From a virus: a stretch of DNA of 64,000 nt. The stretch lies in the IMG/VR virus record IMGVR_UViG_3300037420_001273; one strand, written 5' to 3'. Positions 59,147-64,000 of this stretch are shown here, piece after piece; the stretch's first letter is position 1, and each line of letters opens with the position of its first letter. The translations under genes and the position numbers were made by a program. The notes under the pieces are model-generated. The model saw only the letters and a program-made list of their open reading frames with translations, was not told where the DNA came from and did not search any database.

Positions 59147-60916
59147 ATGGCCAGTCTGCGAATCCCCGTTGGCGAGGCAACCGAGATCAACCCGGAGCGC
59201 ATCAACGTCGGCCCTGACGGCCGCGCCATCCCCTCGATGGAGCCGAAGCCGCTCGGCGCCCGCGGCCCGCAGTTCAACCGCACGATGGTCGGCTCCACGC
59301 CGGCGCCTACCGCGCCCGCACAGGTGGCCACGACTCCAGCGGCGGCTCAATCCCTGCGTACCCGCGTGGCCACGGGCGTCGGCCGCACCGTCGGCTCGGC
59401 CGCGCGCGTCGCGCTTTCGCCCGCCGCGCTTCTCGGCGCTGCTGCGACCAGCGGCTACGGCACGTACCACATCAACGATCCCGAGATCGACTCGTCGGCC
59501 GGCGGGACGCTGAACTACATCAAGAACGGCGAGGGCGGCAAACTCCTTCGCTCGCTCTCCAACGGCGCCCTCGAGACCGGCCTGGACCTGGCGCACGGCG
59601 GCGCCGGCATGATCGACTCGATCGCCGGCACGCACCTGCAGCAGAGCCTGCGCGATCGCGTCCAGTCCGACCTCGGTGACCAGATCCGCATCGGCCAGCC
59701 CGCCGCGGCTGCTGCCGTCGCACCGGCGTCGCCTGCGGGCAGTGCGAACCCGGCTCAGGAGAACTTCCGCGCGGCGGAGCTGGCTGGCGCCAGCCCCAGC
59801 GCCCCGTTGCAGACGCAGGAGGCGAACTACCAGAGCCCGGCGCTGCGCAATGTCAGCACGATCCCTGGCACCAGCACGGCGGACACGCTGCGACAGATCG
59901 ACACGATCCGCGGCTTGGGCGGCAATCCGATGGACCCGTACGGCTCCGGCGCTCACGGTCCCGACGGCTCCGGCGGGCTGGCCAGCATCGGCTCTGGCGG
60001 CTCGATCTCGAGCGACGCACATGCCAAGTTCGATCAATTCGCGCAGCGCGAAACCCTGCGTGGTCAGATCCGCGATGCGCTGTCGAGCCGCAATCCGCAC
60101 GACCGCGCAGCGGCGATGCAGCTCGCCGGCCAGGCCGAAGGAATCGCCGGTAACGAGCGCGTGGCGGGGCTTCGCGAAGCCGGTGAAAACGCGCGCGCCT
60201 CGGCCCAGCTCGGCTTGTCGCGCTACCTCGGCGACCGCAACGCCCAGCTGCAACTGCGTGGGCAGGACATCACGCGCGAGGGCCACATGATCAACGCTGC
60301 CGGCCAGCGCGCGCAGCTGCTCTACAACATCAACAAAGACCAGCGCGACTTCAACCTGCGCAAGGACGAGGTCGACAACGCCGAGCGCGAGCGCGGCCAG
60401 AAGAGCATCAGCGACTGGTTGCAGTCGTCGTTCCAGACGACCGACGCGAACGGCAAGGCGGTGCCCGACAGCGCGCGCATCGCTTCGTTCACCCAGGCGT
60501 CCACCCGCATGCTGGGCAACGTCATCAACCAGTTCAAGAACGACCCGGACCCGGCCAAGCGGGCCTACGCCGAGAAACTGTCGAAGCAGGGCCTGCAAGC
60601 GCTCGACCCCGAGGACCGCGCCGCGATGCTCACGCTGTTCGGCCGCATGGAGCGCTTCCAGCAAGCGCGCAGCGGCATCGTGCCGGGCACCGCCAGCGGG
60701 GCGGTCTCAGGCAGCCTGAATGACTACGAGATCGTCGGCCACGAGCCCGGGCTGCTGCAGGACCGCTACCGCCTGCGCGGCGGCCAGTCGATCCCGGTCA
60801 ATGACGTGCGCTACCGCGAGGGCCCGGCGAACCTGGTCCTGCCTGACGTCGGGAAGACCCCGACCACTGACCTCGGTCCGACCCCGCAGGAGCGCGAGCG
60901 CCTGCGCCAGCGATAA
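59147..60916 (+). CDS. internal virion / ejection-type protein (putative)
   Basis: 589 aa. Low-complexity Ala/Gly/Pro N-terminal half, helical C-terminal half. AGGAG SD after a TTAGATCGAAGG element. Confidence 0.55.
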   Translation: MASLRIPVGEATEINPERINVGPDGRAIPSMEPKPLGARGPQFNRTMVGSTPAPTAPAQVATTPAAAQSLRTRVATGVGRTVGSAARVALSPAALLGAAATSGYGTYHINDPEIDSSAGGTLNYIKNGEGGKLLRSLSNGALETGLDLAHGGAGMIDSIAGTHLQQSLRDRVQSDLGDQIRIGQPAAAAAVAPASPAGSANPAQENFRAAELAGASPSAPLQTQEANYQSPALRNVSTIPGTSTADTLRQIDTIRGLGGNPMDPYGSGAHGPDGSGGLASIGSGGSISSDAHAKFDQFAQRETLRGQIRDALSSRNPHDRAAAMQLAGQAEGIAGNERVAGLREAGENARASAQLGLSRYLGDRNAQLQLRGQDITREGHMINAAGQRAQLLYNINKDQRDFNLRKDEVDNAERERGQKSISDWLQSSFQTTDANGKAVPDSARIASFTQASTRMLGNVINQFKNDPDPAKRAYAEKLSKQGLQALDPEDRAAMLTLFGRMERFQQARSGIVPGTASGAVSGSLNDYEIVGHEPGLLQDRYRLRGGQSIPVNDVRYREGPANLVLPDVGKTPTTDLGPTPQERERLRQR

Positions 60917-60925
60917 GGAGCGCGC

Positions 60926-63900
60926 ATGGGGCTTCTGGCAGACCTGCTCGCCCAGCAGGAAGCGCAACAGGCTGAGCCGACGCTCGGCGAATCGTTCGGC
61001 GCCGGCCTGCGCTCAGGGGGCCTGGCCGCCGGCGGTCAGCTGGCCACCCTGGGCGGCTCAGTCCTCGACTCGCCCGAGCTGCTGGCCACCGGCCGGCGCC
61101 TGCGCGGCGAGGCTGCTGCCGCGGCTCCTGTCGTCGGCTCGCTGCGCGACGTGCACAGCCTGGGCGACTTCGGCCACTACGCCGCCGGCCTGGCGGGCGG
61201 CATGGTGCCTACCGCAGGCGCTGCGCTCGGCGCCGGGCTGCTCACGCGCGACCCGCGCAAGGCGACCCTGGCCGGTACCGCGGCGCTGTCGCCGCTCGAG
61301 GTGGGCGACGTGCTGCAGCGTCAGGAAGAGGCCGGCCAGCCGCTCGACCTGCGCACCGCGGTGCCTGCTGGCGTGGCCTCGGCCGCGGTGCAGAACGTGC
61401 TGCCCGGCGCGGCGCGCGCGGCGAAGATTCCCGGCGGAGCCCTGGCGGCGATCCCTGAGCAGGCGGCGCTGGCCGGCGGCAGCGAGGCGATCAAGCAGCA
61501 GGGCGCTGGCCAGCAGCTGGACCCCGAGGCGATCAAGGAAGCCGCCGCGGGCGGCGCCGTCATGGGCGCGCCGGTGGCAGCGGTCCACGGTCTGAGCGCG
61601 AACAAGTCGAAGCTGAAGAACCTCTACGAGGGCGCGCGCGGCAAGGTCGACGAGAGCCTGGATCGCGTCTCGAAAGGCATTCCGCTGGGCGACCTCAAGG
61701 AGTTCGGCGATGCCCAGGGCGATAAGCTCAATGACCTGGTCAAGCGCAGCGACGAGCTGGGCGTCGAGAAGGCGAAGCAGTGGGGGCAGGAGCTCCTGGC
61801 CAAGGGCGGCTTGACGCCCGAGAAGCAGGCCGAGCTCGTGCAGGCGATGTCGAACCTGCACGACGACGCGAACCGCATGCTGGTCGCCGGCATGAAGAAG
61901 GCCCAGGACCTGGGCAGCGACGCGCTCGACCATGTCAACGCGTTCGCCGACCACGCCAAGGAGCTCTGGGCCGGCGCGAAGTCGAAGGCCGCCGAGGCCG
62001 CCGGCAAGAAGAGCGAGGACTACAGCGGCCTGCGCGCCGCGATCGCAGACGTGATCCAGAACGTCGCCGGGCCGGCGCTGCGCGAGCGGCATCCTGAGCT
62101 GCTGAACAACCCCGAGGCGATCGACAAGCTCGCCGGCGGCATGCGCTACGCGGCTGAGTCCCTGGCGCGCGACGGTCACCTGGACGAGAAGACGACCTCG
62201 CTGATGCACGACTTCTTCGGCGACGACACCCGCTCGGTGCTCGAGGAGCTGCACGGCGTGGTCGCGAACCAGAAGGATCAGCCGGCCACCGAGCGCTACT
62301 TCAAGGGCCTGAACGAGATCGCCGACAACGAGCGCCAAGGCCTGCAGCTGCGCGAGGTCGTGGCGAAGTACGCGAAGGACAAGGACGCCGCCGAGGTCGA
62401 CGCCGCGGTGAACAACATCCGCCGCATCCTCAACGGCGACACGACGAAAGACCTGCACGGCGAGCAGAAGGCATACGAAGAGCGCCGCCTGATGGACCTG
62501 ATCCATCAGGAGTTCGGCGCCGACACCGACAAGGTCCTGGCCGCGTTCGAGAAAGACACCAAGCGCGCCAAGTACAGCGCCGTCGGCCCGGCCGAAGACC
62601 CTGAGCTGGTCAAGACGCTGGAGCAGCCCGGCGACCAGGCAGCGCTGCTGAACAAGGGCGAGCCGGTCGAGAGCCCGCAGACGCACCGCGCGAACTACGA
62701 CAGCGAGAGCCGCGCCGAGCGCATGATCCGCGAGGCCGAGGCGAAGTATCCCGACGTCAAGGCGCGCTTCCTCAGCCACGACGAGGCGGTGCAGCATGGC
62801 CTTGTAGACGAGGGCGCCCAGACGCCGGAGGGCCACGGCTACGTCGCTGCATTCAAGACCGCCGGCTCCGACAAGCTGACCGACGCCGAGCTGTCGTCGA
62901 TGCGCTTCGCGCACGACAAGACGAACGCGCGCAGCAACCCCAGCCTGGTCGACTTCGGCACCGGCGGCTACTACGACGCCCGCAAGGTGACCAGCGTCAT
63001 GCACGCGAAGCTGGGCGACCAGCTGCCCGACGCCGGGACTGACGTGCGCCTGGCGCGCGCGTTCATGAACGGCGTCGGGCAGCTCGCCGAGAAGACGGGA
63101 GAGGCGCCCAAGCTCAACGACACGATCGTCATCGGCCAGATCAACGGTGCTCCGCTCACGTGGGGCGAGGCGAAGAAGCTGACGGCCGTCGAGGGCGGGC
63201 GCAACTATGACGCTGAGCTGCAGGCGCTACGCAAGCAGTACAGCGAGGCGCGCGCTCGGCGCGACGAGCGCGGCATGGACGAGACCGCGCGCAAGGCACA
63301 ACGTGTCAAAGACGCTCGTGACGAGGAGATCGCCGGCCGCGAGGACCGTGCGGACAAGCCCGTCGACGAGAGCTTACGCGAGCAGGGCAAGCAGGAGGCT
63401 GACCCCGACGGCCAGATCCACGAAGCCGCGGCGGCACTGAGCCCGAACGAGCTCGAGCGCAAGAACCCGGTGCCCAGCGCCAAGCCGACGCCCGCCGACG
63501 CGCTGCGCGCGCTGGACAGCAAGCTCAAGCGCATGGAAGCCAGTGCGGTCAAGGCTGTGCGCGACGCCGGCGCTGCGGCGCGCGAGCTGGCCAAGCAGTG
63601 GAAGACCCTGGACGACGAGCAGCGTCAGATGCTGCTCAGCCTGGTCAAACAGCACGACATGACGAAGGCGGTGGCCCTGGTCAAGGAGCTGACCGCGCCG
63701 GCCAAGGAGGTGCCGGCCAGCGGCCCAAAAGCGCTGCTGGACAAAGCGCGTTCGCCGGACTCGACCTTCCTTGAGCGCGTAGCGAAGAACGACGACGCCA
63801 AGGGCCTGCAGCGCGCCGTAGAGGAGCTCAACCGCCACGACGGTACCGAGCGTGCCGTGGACGCGATCAACGAGCGCCTGGGCCAGCTGGTGCAGGACCC

Positions 63901-64000
63901 CGACGTCGCCTACAGCCTGCAGCGCACGCGCGAGGGCAAGTCGATCTCGCCGGCGAAAGAGGCCGAGGTCCGCGAGCACATCGAGAAGGTCCTGGGCCCG
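60926..64000 (+). CDS. giant virion-associated protein, N-terminal 1025 aa only (runs off right edge)
   Basis: My translation from ATG 60926 (MGLLADLLAQQEAQQAEPTLGESFGAGLRSGG...) is open through 64000. It is not in the track because it has no stop. GC3-rich. The antisense ORF 61058..63004 is a shadow. Confidence 0.7.
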   Translation, partial: MGLLADLLAQQEAQQAEPTLGESFGAGLRSGGLAAGGQLATLGGSVLDSPELLATGRRLRGEAAAAAPVVGSLRDVHSLGDFGHYAAGLAGGMVPTAGAALGAGLLTRDPRKATLAGTAALSPLEVGDVLQRQEEAGQPLDLRTAVPAGVASAAVQNVLPGAARAAKIPGGALAAIPEQAALAGGSEAIKQQGAGQQLDPEAIKEAAAGGAVMGAPVAAVHGLSANKSKLKNLYEGARGKVDESLDRVSKGIPLGDLKEFGDAQGDKLNDLVKRSDELGVEKAKQWGQELLAKGGLTPEKQAELVQAMSNLHDDANRMLVAGMKKAQDLGSDALDHVNAFADHAKELWAGAKSKAAEAAGKKSEDYSGLRAAIADVIQNVAGPALRERHPELLNNPEAIDKLAGGMRYAAESLARDGHLDEKTTSLMHDFFGDDTRSVLEELHGVVANQKDQPATERYFKGLNEIADNERQGLQLREVVAKYAKDKDAAEVDAAVNNIRRILNGDTTKDLHGEQKAYEERRLMDLIHQEFGADTDKVLAAFEKDTKRAKYSAVGPAEDPELVKTLEQPGDQAALLNKGEPVESPQTHRANYDSESRAERMIREAEAKYPDVKARFLSHDEAVQHGLVDEGAQTPEGHGYVAAFKTAGSDKLTDAELSSMRFAHDKTNARSNPSLVDFGTGGYYDARKVTSVMHAKLGDQLPDAGTDVRLARAFMNGVGQLAEKTGEAPKLNDTIVIGQINGAPLTWGEAKKLTAVEGGRNYDAELQALRKQYSEARARRDERGMDETARKAQRVKDARDEEIAGREDRADKPVDESLREQGKQEADPDGQIHEAAAALSPNELERKNPVPSAKPTPADALRALDSKLKRMEASAVKAVRDAGAAARELAKQWKTLDDEQRQMLLSLVKQHDMTKAVALVKELTAPAKEVPASGPKALLDKARSPDSTFLERVAKNDDAKGLQRAVEELNRHDGTERAVDAINERLGQLVQDPDVAYSLQRTREGKSISPAKEAEVREHIEKVLGP

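Noticed and set aside
61058-63004. Very long antisense ORFs. Examples: 61058..63004 (648 aa), 38309..40318 (669 aa), 59123..60664, 36079..37524, 30518..31738, 35168..36229, 34358..35146, 26507..27661 (+), 18481..19908 (+), 14909..16033 (+), 8253..8942 (+).
   Set aside because: These are typical shadow ORFs of a GC-rich genome. They are Arg/Ala/Gly/Leu/Val/His-rich with no motifs. Each lies opposite a gene with clear catalytic or structural motifs and strong GC3 bias, and they break the operon logic.

Overview
All calls come from reading the sequence and the ORF track by eye, using motifs recalled from memory. No database search or computation was run.

The whole 64-kb window reads as one GC-rich tailed-phage genome segment. 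I saw no integrase, att site, tRNA/rRNA, CRISPR or host housekeeping gene. It has two divergent arms around a structured, partly AT-rich ~300-bp non-coding region (29405-29711).

Leftward arm (29404 to 1, minus strand): about 65 tightly packed genes, most chained by ATGA/GTGA stop-start overlaps.
- Early small membrane or peptide genes.
- An SF3 primase-helicase.
- A tandem array of eight small paralogues.
- A MoxR-type AAA+ ATPase, a classical AAA ATPase, and an HExxH+VWA protein.
- A Cas4-like nuclease, SNF2 helicase, family-A DNA polymerase, DEDDh exonuclease, VRR-NUC, TraR and a ParB-like nuclease.

Rightward arm (29712 to 64000, plus strand):
- TerS, TerL, HNH, portal, scaffold, an N4-gp56-like major capsid protein, and head/tail proteins.
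- An M15 endolysin with nested Rz/Rz1.
- A very repeat-rich fibre-like protein and an Asp-box protein.
- Internal-virion-like proteins, and a giant ORF (>1025 aa) that runs off the right edge.

Most interesting observations:
1. A recurrent TTAGATCGAAC / ATCGAA iteron-like element marks nearly every operon-start gap. It is also embedded, with rare codons, inside coding sequence.
2. The eight-member small-protein paralogue array carries a C-terminal GP[FY]DT-EAA motif. One member is frameshifted at an A4 run.
3. A translationally coupled ORF consists of 34 perfect X-Gly dipeptides (X = N/Y/D), encoded by a GCCGTN hexamer array next to the VWA gene.
4. A UUU_UGA_C site lies where the TerL reading frame appears to continue in +1.
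5. An antisense moron inside the tail module encodes a signal-peptide plus PEP-CTERM (exosortase-sorted) protein.
6. An N4-like late-gene layout ends in a giant ORF, but no phage RNA polymerase is visible in the window.
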